A DNA stretch of 64,000 nucleotides, taken from the NCBI GenBank assembly GCA_963666975.2, contig CAXVYR010000003.1:928001-992000 (forward strand), read 5' to 3'. Origin of the DNA: Terriglobia bacterium. Its GTDB lineage: Bacteria; Acidobacteriota; Terriglobia; 2-12-FULL-54-10. A program made the position numbers and the translations under genes. How positions within the stretch are numbered: the first letter of the stretch is position 1; each line of letters opens with the position of its first letter. Below, one piece after another: positions 1 through 7,960 of the stretch. The notes beneath the pieces were generated by a model, which saw only the letters and a list, made by a program, of their open reading frames with translations, did not search any database and was not told the origin of the DNA.

Positions 1-98
1 CATAGGAAGCAAACGAAACAAAGGAAGCAGGGGAAATCCTCTTCTGCCTCTTATGCATCCCCTGCTTCCTATGCTTCTTAAGAGTGTCTCAGTGGCTG
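1..98. repeat. 9-nt-periodic purine/pyrimidine hairpin repeat (left end cut by window)
   Basis: GAAGCA/GAAACA-type units followed by complementary TGCTTC/TGCCTC units; 1-77 is the reverse complement of 621-697 with 6 mismatches by manual alignment. Confidence 0.85.
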
Positions 99-126
99 AT
101 CCGACATTGAAAGAAAAGGAGCAAAC

Positions 127-588
127 ATGGCAAGGACAGCAAGAGAGGACAACCTGGCCCTGCGCGGAGCATTGATCGTGGAGCTTCCGGCGGGCGCGGC
201 AGTGGCGGCGAATGACGCACTCTACCTGGATTCCAGCGGGAAGGTGCAGAAGCTCACCTCGGCGCAGGAAGACAACCGCATCGGAGTGGCACAGAACGCC
301 GCTGCGCTGGATGAAACGGTGCGCGTCCAGGTAGCGGGCAAATGCACCTGCGTGGCCGACGCAAGCATCTCTATCGGCGACCGCGTCGGCGCGCCGCCCA
401 CAACGGCGGGCCGCGTGGCTACGGCCGCGAATACCCTGACGGTCGCTTCCGGCGGCACAGCGGTGACTTCTTCCTCCGCCAACGGGGCCATTGTGACCGG
501 AGACCCGGTCGTAAGCCGCGTGCTGGGCCTCGCCCTCACGACGGCGGCTTCGGCAGGCGACAACATTACGGTGCTGCTGACACTGTGA
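127..588 (+). CDS. DUF2190-like head decoration/capsid cement protein
   Basis: 153 aa, Ala/Gly/Thr-rich; IGVAQNAAA..E.VRVQVAG and VLGLALTTAASAGDNITVLL motifs; SD AAGGAG at 116-121; lies before neck genes. Confidence 0.65.
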   Translation: MARTAREDNLALRGALIVELPAGAAVAANDALYLDSSGKVQKLTSAQEDNRIGVAQNAAALDETVRVQVAGKCTCVADASISIGDRVGAPPTTAGRVATAANTLTVASGGTAVTSSSANGAIVTGDPVVSRVLGLALTTAASAGDNITVLLTL

Positions 589-603
589 GGGCATTGGCCC
601 CCG

Positions 604-721
604 AGCCACAGAGACACGATGAAGCAGAGGAGGCAGGGGAGGCATAAGAGGCAGAAGAGGATTTCCCCTGCTTCCTTTACTTCGTTTGCTTCTTATGTTT
701 CTTACGCGTGCCTCTGTGGCT
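604..721. repeat. 9-nt-periodic hairpin repeat
   Basis: AGCCACAGAGACACG (604-618) pairs with CGTGCCTCTGTGGCT (707-721), enclosing GAAGCAGAG GAGGCAGGG GAGGCATAA.. and the complementary arm. Confidence 0.9.
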
Positions 722-734
722 AATGAGATAACTT

Positions 735-1409
735 ATGCCAAAAACAATTCCTGATTTCCAAGAACTGGTACGGGGCCACGTTCAGGACGCTGCCGAGAAA
801 CTCTCCGGCACGGACCTGACGGCGGCGATTGAGGAGGCGATCAGCGGCCGTTACTCCAAGGACCGCCCGCGAACGCTGCTCTCGGACTTGCTCGGCGACG
901 GCGTGCAATTCGAGTGGGATCTGGCAACTCTCACGGGATGGCAAACGGGCTTCTCGCAGGTTGTCCAAATCGAATACCCGCAGGGTGAGCGCGCTCCTCA
1001 TTACCTGGAAGATGAGGACTGGCTGATCTACGAGTCACCCGCCGCGCAGTTCCTCCGTTTTTCCTTCACGCTCACCAGCGGCAAGACGGCGCGTGTAAAG
1101 TACACCGCCCCGCACACGGCGGACGCCTCCACCGTTCCGGACGCCGATTTCTACGCTGTCGCGTCGCTGGCTGCATCGCTCGCGGCCAAGCGGCTGTCGG
1201 CGCTTTCCGCCCAGACCGGCGACAGCTCGATCGCAGCCGACACGGTGGACTACAGAAGCAAGTCGCAGGAGTACGCTGCCCTGGCACGGCGGCTGGAGAA
1301 AGACTACGAAAATTTGCTGGGGACAGACCCGGGGCGCACTGCCCCAGCGGCTTCCCGGACGGCGGATTGGAAAGGAAAAACGGCGGGAGGCGACCGCCTC
1401 ACGCACTGA
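735..1409 (+). CDS. putative head-tail adaptor/connector protein
   Basis: 224 aa; position after the head gene; helical N- and C-termini around a beta-rich middle; ..DSSIAADTVDYRSK.. C-terminal pattern typical of connectors. Confidence 0.5.
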   Translation: MPKTIPDFQELVRGHVQDAAEKLSGTDLTAAIEEAISGRYSKDRPRTLLSDLLGDGVQFEWDLATLTGWQTGFSQVVQIEYPQGERAPHYLEDEDWLIYESPAAQFLRFSFTLTSGKTARVKYTAPHTADASTVPDADFYAVASLAASLAAKRLSALSAQTGDSSIAADTVDYRSKSQEYAALARRLEKDYENLLGTDPGRTAPAASRTADWKGKTAGGDRLTH

Positions 1410-1462
1410 AAAGTTGCTGACACGCGCGCAGGAACAAAACGGATCGGGAGAAGTCTTAAAAG

Positions 1463-1981
1463 ATGGAACTGAAAATAGAGGTAAAGGTCGGCAGGTTTAC
1501 TGAACGGATCGAGCGCTTCCCAGCCGCATTGCGACGCGGCATCGAGCGGGGACTGGTGCGCTCGACACAACTGTTGCGGCGCGCAGTAGAGACGAATATT
1601 CGAACTCCGCTCGGAACAAAACCTCCGGCAGTGGCCTTGGGGGTTCTGGCAAGCTCTGTGATCGCGGAGGTGGAGGTCAGCCAGGAAAACGCGCGCGCGG
1701 TCGGTCGTGTATTCGTAAAGGCTCCTATCGACCGCTACGGGGTGTTCGTGGAGTTCGGAACATCGCCTCACTGGCCACCCCTCGATCCTCTAATTTCCTG
1801 GGCGCGGATAAAGTTCCACATGACCGACCCGAAGAAAATTCGGGCGACTGCCTGGGCGGTAGCAGAAACGATTGCAAAGCACGGCACGCAGGGGCACTTC
1901 ATGTTCACGCGGGCACATCAGGAAAACGAAAAGAAAGTGGTTTCGATTATGGAAGAGGAGATTGAGCGGATGCTTCCGTAA
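1463..1981 (+). CDS. HK97 gp10-like / minor capsid-tail completion protein
   Basis: YGVFVEFGT.PHWPP and I...GT..HFMF motifs of the HK97 gp10 family. Confidence 0.75.
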   Translation: MELKIEVKVGRFTERIERFPAALRRGIERGLVRSTQLLRRAVETNIRTPLGTKPPAVALGVLASSVIAEVEVSQENARAVGRVFVKAPIDRYGVFVEFGTSPHWPPLDPLISWARIKFHMTDPKKIRATAWAVAETIAKHGTQGHFMFTRAHQENEKKVVSIMEEEIERMLP

Positions 1982-2008
1982 GGGAGCAAGAACCCGACAC
2001 GACAACCC

Positions 2009-2452
2009 ATGTCCCTGGCAAGCAACATTCTGGCGATCAAAACCATCCTCGAAGGGATCAGCGGCGTGACGAACGTGTACGACACCGTTCGGAACTGGCA
2101 AACCGAGAAGGAGTTCCGCGAGGCGGCCCGCAGTTCTTCCGGGACGATTCAGTTCTGGTTCCTCACGCGCGAGTCCAGCGAAGCCGAAGACCTGGGACCG
2201 CAACTGACCGCGCGCCGCCACACCATCGCGCTGCACGGCTATTACGGAGTGAACGACGCCGCCGCCAGTGAAAAAACATTCCAGGCGCTGGTGGAAAGCG
2301 TGGCCGCAGCGGTCGGGGCCGACCGAAAGCTGAACGCGACGGCGCGCCACTCCGGCCCGCCGCAGGTGCGGACCGTGGACTTTCGTGTTGTCAGCAATGT
2401 TCTCTGCCACCACGTGGAACTCGAACTGGCCGTGGAGGAGAAACCCGCGTAG
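2009..2452 (+). CDS. putative tail terminator protein
   Basis: 147 aa immediately before the tail tube; alpha/beta pattern with D.KLN.TA..SG motif. Confidence 0.5.
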   Translation: MSLASNILAIKTILEGISGVTNVYDTVRNWQTEKEFREAARSSSGTIQFWFLTRESSEAEDLGPQLTARRHTIALHGYYGVNDAAASEKTFQALVESVAAAVGADRKLNATARHSGPPQVRTVDFRVVSNVLCHHVELELAVEEKPA

Positions 2453-2494
2453 CCGGAAGCAGTCAGTGAGCAGATATTAACAAGGAGAGAAACA

Positions 2495-3550
2495 ATGGCC
2501 TTCACGGAACCGAGTCATGATTATGAACTGTTATGGCGCTTCTCCACCAACCGCCAGACCACGCTGGGGACGCCGCTGGCCGACGCGGACTTGCCGCTTT
2601 CGGCGCTGATCTCCGGCTTTGACGCCGGCAAGCTCGCGCACCGGATGATCTCCGACGCAGACCGTTTCGGCAAGGGACATCCTTATGCCACCAGCCACCG
2701 CAAGGTGGCGCAAACGACCGCGCTCACCCGAACGCTGGAGTTGAACGACATCTTCGCCGGATGGGCGGCGGCCTTCGCGATGGGCAGCGTCACCACCACG
2801 CAACCCAACGCGGTCAACAATCCCTCCGTCTACGATCACCTCATTCGCTGGTCGGATCTCGCCGTTTCGAAGGTGATGCCCTTCACCACCATCCATGAGC
2901 AGCCCTGGGCGGGGCTGGCGCGCAAGCTGCCGGACCTGGTCGTGGCGAGCTTTGCGCTCAGCGGTCGCGGGCAGGACCCGGTGCAGCTTTCCATCCAAAT
3001 GCTCGGCTCCGGGCGCTCGAGCGACGTCGCTCTGCCCGCCCCCACCCTCTCGACTCCCGCTTATCTCGACAACGGCGGCGCCCTCATCCGTCTGGGACCA
3101 AGCGGAGCAACCGTGGACATCTCCAACCGCGTGGCGGAGTGGAGCGTCGCCGTGCAGGCCAACCCGGATGAGGCCAACGGACGCTTCCCTTCTTCGGGAC
3201 TTTACGTGGACCGCTGGTGGTACGGGCCCAAGCGCACGGCGATTCCGGAGATGACCCTTTTTGTGAACAGAAGTGACACGGACATTCTCGACCTGTTTCG
3301 CAATGACACCGCCCAGGAGCTGCAGATCAACCTCACCGGAGCGGTCATCACAAACGGCCAGCCCGAAATCTACCGTATGGACATGCTCTGGCCGGAGATT
3401 CACTTCACGGCAGCCGAAGACGTAGTGATCGACAACAAGGTCGCCTTCCGCATGACGGTTGCTGAAGACGGCGTATTCCAGAAAGCCGGCAGCGAATATT
3501 TCCAGGTGACGGTGACCAATACAACCGCCGCATACCTGGTGGCGGCATAG
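2495..3550 (+). CDS. major tail (tube) protein
   Basis: 351 aa, beta-rich; strong SD AAGGAG; ends VTVTNTTAAY like tube proteins; canonical position. Confidence 0.65.
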   Translation: MAFTEPSHDYELLWRFSTNRQTTLGTPLADADLPLSALISGFDAGKLAHRMISDADRFGKGHPYATSHRKVAQTTALTRTLELNDIFAGWAAAFAMGSVTTTQPNAVNNPSVYDHLIRWSDLAVSKVMPFTTIHEQPWAGLARKLPDLVVASFALSGRGQDPVQLSIQMLGSGRSSDVALPAPTLSTPAYLDNGGALIRLGPSGATVDISNRVAEWSVAVQANPDEANGRFPSSGLYVDRWWYGPKRTAIPEMTLFVNRSDTDILDLFRNDTAQELQINLTGAVITNGQPEIYRMDMLWPEIHFTAAEDVVIDNKVAFRMTVAEDGVFQKAGSEYFQVTVTNTTAAYLVAA

Positions 3551-3559
3551 GAGAGCGAA

Positions 3560-4306
3560 TTGGAAACCATCGAAGAGCTGTTTGAGCTGGCCCCGGAAGA
3601 GATCGAAGTTTGCCTGCGCCTGGCGCGCAATGGGGAACGCTTTCAGTTGCTGCACTTCGTGCGTCCGCCTGCCTTCGAGGACTGGCTGGACTATGAGCGG
3701 AACCTGCGCGGCTGCATCGAAAGCGTGGAGAGCGAAGGGGAGGAGGCGCTCCGCTTTGATGCTCGCACGTTGGAGGCGGCGGCCTCTCTCTACGACCGCA
3801 TCATTCGCCGCACGGAAGGCTATCGTGCGGGCGAGAAAACCATTGCCGTCCCGGTTGAAAAAATCCCTCTCGACCACAAGGAGATGGTTGTGCGCGGGCT
3901 CGCCAATGTAGCTCCTGCGGCGGTGCCGCCGTCTTCCCAGGCGGAGCCGGACCTGCCGCCCGCAGCTTTCTCGCTGGATTCGGAGGCGATAGAGGTAACG
4001 CTGGAAGCCGGTCGCAACGGGAACACGCACCGGAACCTTGTGCATGTCTTCCGCCCGCCCACGGCTGCCGAAACTATCGAGTTCAGCCGTGTCAGCTCCC
4101 ATGCCCTGTACGTGCGAGGTTCGAAGACCTTGAAATCGATTCTTCCGTCGCGACTGCCTGGCTTGGTGGCGTTGTACGACAAGCTGATCGAACAGGTGCG
4201 CGGCTACGCGGTGGACGGCGCTCCGGTGACCGACCGCGCCGTGATCGCCAAACAGATGGACCCGCTGCACAAGAAAGTGGCCCTGCAGAATCTTTTTGGA
4301 GCGTGA
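3560..4306 (+). CDS. putative tail assembly chaperone (two internally repeated modules)
   Basis: TTG start with SD AGGAG; between tube and tape measure; duplicated LxHxxRPP...LYD.(L/I)I....GY.......I/M...HK modules. Confidence 0.5.
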   Translation: METIEELFELAPEEIEVCLRLARNGERFQLLHFVRPPAFEDWLDYERNLRGCIESVESEGEEALRFDARTLEAAASLYDRIIRRTEGYRAGEKTIAVPVEKIPLDHKEMVVRGLANVAPAAVPPSSQAEPDLPPAAFSLDSEAIEVTLEAGRNGNTHRNLVHVFRPPTAAETIEFSRVSSHALYVRGSKTLKSILPSRLPGLVALYDKLIEQVRGYAVDGAPVTDRAVIAKQMDPLHKKVALQNLFGA

Positions 4307-4333
4307 CGATCTCTCAACGGAAAGTTCCTGCTT

Positions 4334-4732
4334 ATGTCAGTCCGTATAGTGAACACATCTGGTTCCATAGCGTCACCCGGCAGCCCGTCGCGCTTTCAGG
4401 CGGTGCGGGCCAGCCGGGATCGCGAGCAGTTGAGGGAATCGATCTGGCGACATCTCACCGGCATCCACTCCGGTTCTGGCCGTCCTGGCAGACACCCCGC
4501 CAACAAACGCGTCCCCTACGCCTTTGAGCTGTGGATCGCGCACCTGTTGCTGCTGGAACAAACCCTGGAGGTCGCCCCGATTCCCTGGCGGGAGCTGCGC
4601 GCCGAAGAATTGGATGGACTGCTCCTGTTGCGTGCCGCGCAGGAAAGGTTCCGGAGAGAATACCGCCCCTGCGGGCAATGCAGGGCTCCCATCAAAGGGA
4701 AAATTTGTGACCGATGCGGGGCGGTGAACTAA
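4334..4732 (+). CDS. hypothetical pre-tape-measure protein with C-terminal Zn ribbon (second chaperone-like gene)
   Basis: CxxC-x8-CxxC (CGQC..CDRC) at the C-terminus; same reading frame as 3560..4306. Confidence 0.5.
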   Translation: MSVRIVNTSGSIASPGSPSRFQAVRASRDREQLRESIWRHLTGIHSGSGRPGRHPANKRVPYAFELWIAHLLLLEQTLEVAPIPWRELRAEELDGLLLLRAAQERFRREYRPCGQCRAPIKGKICDRCGAVN

Positions 4733-6037
4733 ATGCCACAGAAATCGGTGTCGATTGTCATTGAAGTTGCGGGGGCCGATGATGCCATCGGCCAAGTCCA
4801 GCGGATGCGCTCGGCGCTCGATGACCTGGCGAGTGGCGGCGCGGAGGACATGAACCGTCTGCGCCGCCAGAGCGGCGAAGTCACGCAGGCAATGCAGGAG
4901 ATGAAAAAGGCTTTTCAGTTGCGCGACCTGCAAAAAGAAATGACCGGCAGCCTGGAATCTTTCTTTGGCCGAATTATCTCCGGAGCCCGGACCACCGGCG
5001 ACGTTTTCCAGAACATCTGGCGACAAATCGCCGATTTCTTCAAGCGGACCGTTCGAGAGATGGCCGCCGCCTGGACTCTGAGCCTCGGCGGATCGCTTGC
5101 GGGCGGGGCCGCTGGCGGCGGTTTCTCGCTTGGAAATATTTTCACTCTTCCCGCCATCGGCTCCGGGACCGGGTTCCCTCCGACGACTCGCCGCAACCCG
5201 ACCTTGGCCGAGACATTGGGTCTGCCGGCAACGACACCGCTCGGAGATATTTTGTCCGGAACATTTTCGCGGGGCATCGGGCCGCTCAGCGGCTCACAAG
5301 TTGCGTTGGGCGGATTGAGCTTGGGTGCATTGACCATCGGCAACAGCAACCGTGCTGTCAGCGCCTTGGGAGGAGCGGCGAGCGGAGGCTTGCTCGGTTT
5401 CAGCGTCGGCGGGCCAATCGGCGCGGGTGTGGGAGCGCTGATCGGAGGATTGGCGGGCCTGTTCAGCGGCGGCGGCGGAAAGCAAAAAGAACAGGACACC
5501 GCGATTGCGAACCAGGGCTTCGCGCGAATGCGGGCAATCCTCAATGACTTCGAGCGCTTTCGGATCGACTTCGCCACCCCCATCGACGCCTCACACTTGA
5601 TATGGAGCCGAATGCAATCGCAGTTTGTCCGCTCCGAATCGGTCCGGACACAGCGGCCTTTTTTTGACGAGATCGTCAGCTCGATCCGCCGGACCGAAGA
5701 TGAGCGCAACCGGCGGCGGCAGTTGATGGCCCTGCAGCCGTTGCCGGAGTTTGCCGAAGGCGGTTTTGTGTCTTCGTCAACCTCGAGCTTGTCGAGGGGT
5801 CTGCTTGCTGTGCTGCATCCCGGCGAGTTTGTGATGAACCGCCAGTCGGCGGAGCGAATCGGACTGTCGGCGCTGGAAGGATTAAACAACGGAACCAATC
5901 TTAGCGGGGCCGCACGCGACGGACAGACCGTGACCTTGGAGATCCCGAGCCAGGAGTTTTTCAATGAGGTAGTGGAACGCTCCATCCCGGTGATCCTGCG
6001 GCGCGGCGGCAAGGCAAGCAAGGTGCTGAGAGGATGA
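4733..6037 (+). CDS. short tail tape measure protein
   Basis: helical N-terminus, Gly/Ala/Leu-rich membrane-like segments (GGPIGAGVGALIGGLAGLF), C-terminal FAEGG..LHPGEFV motif. Confidence 0.8.
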   Translation: MPQKSVSIVIEVAGADDAIGQVQRMRSALDDLASGGAEDMNRLRRQSGEVTQAMQEMKKAFQLRDLQKEMTGSLESFFGRIISGARTTGDVFQNIWRQIADFFKRTVREMAAAWTLSLGGSLAGGAAGGGFSLGNIFTLPAIGSGTGFPPTTRRNPTLAETLGLPATTPLGDILSGTFSRGIGPLSGSQVALGGLSLGALTIGNSNRAVSALGGAASGGLLGFSVGGPIGAGVGALIGGLAGLFSGGGGKQKEQDTAIANQGFARMRAILNDFERFRIDFATPIDASHLIWSRMQSQFVRSESVRTQRPFFDEIVSSIRRTEDERNRRRQLMALQPLPEFAEGGFVSSSTSSLSRGLLAVLHPGEFVMNRQSAERIGLSALEGLNNGTNLSGAARDGQTVTLEIPSQEFFNEVVERSIPVILRRGGKASKVLRG

Positions 6038-6118
6038 AGCAGAGGAGGCAAAGGACGCACAGGAGGCAGGGGATTCTTTCCTATGATTCGTTTGTTTCCT
6101 CTGCTTCCTATGCTTCGT
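6034..6118. repeat. 9-nt-periodic hairpin repeat at the tape measure/Dit junction
   Basis: ATGAAGCAGAGGAGGCAAAGGA pairs with TCCTCTGCTTCCTATGCTTCGT. Confidence 0.85.
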
Positions 6119-6124
6119 GAAATT

Positions 6125-6733
6125 ATGGCAACCACAGACATTTTTCCCGTCGATCCCGATTACACGATCACCCGCACGAAGGAAGCGAACGTCCTCCGCG
6201 GGCGAGTCGAAAGCGCCAGAGAATTTCTTCGCCAGAAGGCGGCGCCGCGGCGGGTGTTTGCGCTGGTCTTCAACCGCCGCGCGAAGGCCGACTGGGACGC
6301 AATCGAAAACTTCCGCCTGCGCATGCTGACCGACTTTTTTACTTTCGATGATAAAAGCGCCGGCGGCAGCCCGAACCGGCAGTATTCGGTCTATTTCGAT
6401 GCCGAGCCGGTCTATGAAGAAGCCGGCAACGAGGCTCACAACATCCGCGTGCAGTTGATTGAAGCGGCAGGCGTTGCCATGAACACCTATCCGAGCTTTG
6501 CCGCCGGAAACCCTTCTGTGAATATCCCCGTAGCGCAGGCAACGGACCTGGGAGCAAGCGGCAAGCAGTTTTTGTATCCGGGCTATGGATACCGCGTGAA
6601 CGGCACGTTCACGAGCATTTATCTCGACGAGGTGCTGACCGGCGGCGAGAACCCAAAGACGGACGTCGTCCTCGGACTGCACAGAATACGCATAGTCGGA
6701 GGAAGTCCAGCGAGCTTGGATTATTTGATTTGA
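6125..6733 (+). CDS. putative distal tail protein (Dit/DUF2460-like position)
   Basis: directly after the tape measure; ESAREFLRQKAAPRRVFALVF..IENF..FFTF resembles Dit/lambda gpM-like N-termini; start moved to MATTD because the upstream codons are repeat-derived. Confidence 0.55.
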   Translation: MATTDIFPVDPDYTITRTKEANVLRGRVESAREFLRQKAAPRRVFALVFNRRAKADWDAIENFRLRMLTDFFTFDDKSAGGSPNRQYSVYFDAEPVYEEAGNEAHNIRVQLIEAAGVAMNTYPSFAAGNPSVNIPVAQATDLGASGKQFLYPGYGYRVNGTFTSIYLDEVLTGGENPKTDVVLGLHRIRIVGGSPASLDYLI

Positions 6734-6738
6734 AATCA

Positions 6739-6818
6739 GGGCCGCCAGAGCCTGCCCCGAGCAAAGTCGAGGGGTGAGGGAGCGGTGCCTAGTCGCTAGC
6801 TTGACGCGCGCGGTTCGG
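6739..6818. repeat. REP-like palindrome pair with a nested short palindromic element
   Basis: GCCGC..GTGAGGGAGCGG arm interrupted by CCTGCCCCGAGCAAAGTCGAGGGG (6751-6774); partner arm CTTGACGCGCGCGGTTCGGA. Confidence 0.6.
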
Positions 6819-6826
6819 AATTAGAT

Positions 6827-7537
6827 ATGTCAAGAACCCTTTCATCTACCATTCAAACTCTCCTCGCGCAGGACACATCCAGCGTGGCGCATCTGTTGTC
6901 GTTCAACGTCGGCGCGACGACTTACCGTTTCACGGAGGGCGACGGAACGTTCCAGGGAATTCAGCACTTGGGAAATCTCTACCTGCCGCACATGATCGCG
7001 AACTTTCCGGTCCGCTACACGCAGAAGCTGCGGAGCGAGCCGTTGACGATTGAGCTGCAGAACATCGACCTCGCGACGGCGGCGGTGCTGAAGGCCGAGA
7101 AAAGCGTCATGCAGGGCGCGGAGGCCGCGTTCGAGCGGTTGTTCCTGAAAGCGAGCGAAGCGGTGACTCTGTTCCGTGGACCCATCAGCGAGGTGGCGGT
7201 TGACGAACGCCGGGCTACTTTAACCCTTATCGGAGATCTCGATCCCACGGCCAGCCAAGTGCCGCAGCGCAAGTATTCCTCGCTGTGCGTGTGGAACTTC
7301 AAGGACGCCAACTGCGGCTACGCCGACGGCGTCGATCCGGACGATCCGCAGACCAGCTTGCCGTTCACCGCCTGCCCGAAGGATTTCCTGTCCTGCACAG
7401 CGCGATCGCGCGAGGAGCGGTTTCCCGGGTTCATCCATGTGACCCGCGATTTGACTGACGCGGTGGAAGGTCAGGTGCGGGACGAGGCGGACGACCGGAT
7501 GCTGGGCGATTACGACATCTATGACGACGATCTGTGA
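6827..7537 (+). CDS. tail hub protein, DUF2163/BR0599- or lambda gpL-like
   Basis: VPQRKYSSLCVWNFKDANCG...CPK.F.SC..R....RFPGF four-Cys motif typical of gpL/BR0599-type Fe-S tail proteins. Confidence 0.75.
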   Translation: MSRTLSSTIQTLLAQDTSSVAHLLSFNVGATTYRFTEGDGTFQGIQHLGNLYLPHMIANFPVRYTQKLRSEPLTIELQNIDLATAAVLKAEKSVMQGAEAAFERLFLKASEAVTLFRGPISEVAVDERRATLTLIGDLDPTASQVPQRKYSSLCVWNFKDANCGYADGVDPDDPQTSLPFTACPKDFLSCTARSREERFPGFIHVTRDLTDAVEGQVRDEADDRMLGDYDIYDDDL

Positions 7538-7541
7538 CGCA

Positions 7542-7593
7542 GGCAGAAGACAGAAGCCAGGCATGCCCCGAGCGAAGCCGAGGGGAGTCAGAA
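7542..7593. repeat. 7-mer CAGAAGN repeat with nested short palindromic element
   Basis: CAGAAGA CAGAAGC CAG, then ATGCCCCGAGCGAAGCCGAGGGG (7563-7585), then AGTCAGAA. Confidence 0.55.
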
Positions 7594-7613
7594 TAAAAAA
7601 CAAGAGGTGAAGG

Positions 7614-7841
7614 ATGGCGAAAGTAACGCTGGAGACAATTGACGAGAAGCTAGATCACCTGATCGGGCAACTGAAGCTGCAGGAGCCGATCCCTGCAACG
7701 AGTCCGATCACGCTGGGGCAGGCAGTCAAAATGACGGAGCAAGACGCGAACCTTAGTTTTTCCGTCAGCGCCGGGAAGATTCATTTCTCCAAGAAATATC
7801 CCTTCGGCGAGCAAAAGTGGAGCCGGCCGCTGGCGAGGTGA
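7614..7841 (+). CDS. small hypothetical protein
   Basis: 75-aa ORF with SD GAGGTG/AAGGA, in operon orientation. Confidence 0.55.
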   Translation: MAKVTLETIDEKLDHLIGQLKLQEPIPATSPITLGQAVKMTEQDANLSFSVSAGKIHFSKKYPFGEQKWSRPLAR

Positions 7842-7846
7842 GAAGA

Positions 7847-7951
7847 GCCACGGAGGCACAGAGAGCACAGAGAAAAAACCAAAGAGAAAGAACTTTTGAA
7901 ATCTCTGTGTCCTCTGTGACTCTGTGGCGGTTGCTTCTGAGGCTCTGTGGC
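7847..7951. repeat. 9-nt-periodic CACAGAG-type hairpin repeat
   Basis: GCCACGGAGGCACAGAGAGCACAGAGA pairs with TCTCTGTGTCCTCTGTGACTCTGTGGC; second CTCTGTGGC copy at 7943-7951. Confidence 0.9.
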
Positions 7952-7960
7952 AAATGAACT

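Noticed and set aside
2531-6141. Long minus-strand ORFs (579 aa, 408 aa) over the tail genes
   Set aside because: Antisense shadows of GC-rich genes; no motifs, while the plus strand has coherent phage proteins.
1-7951. Periodic repeats as a CRISPR array
   Set aside because: No identical repeats with unique equal-length spacers and no cas genes; these are isolated hairpins.
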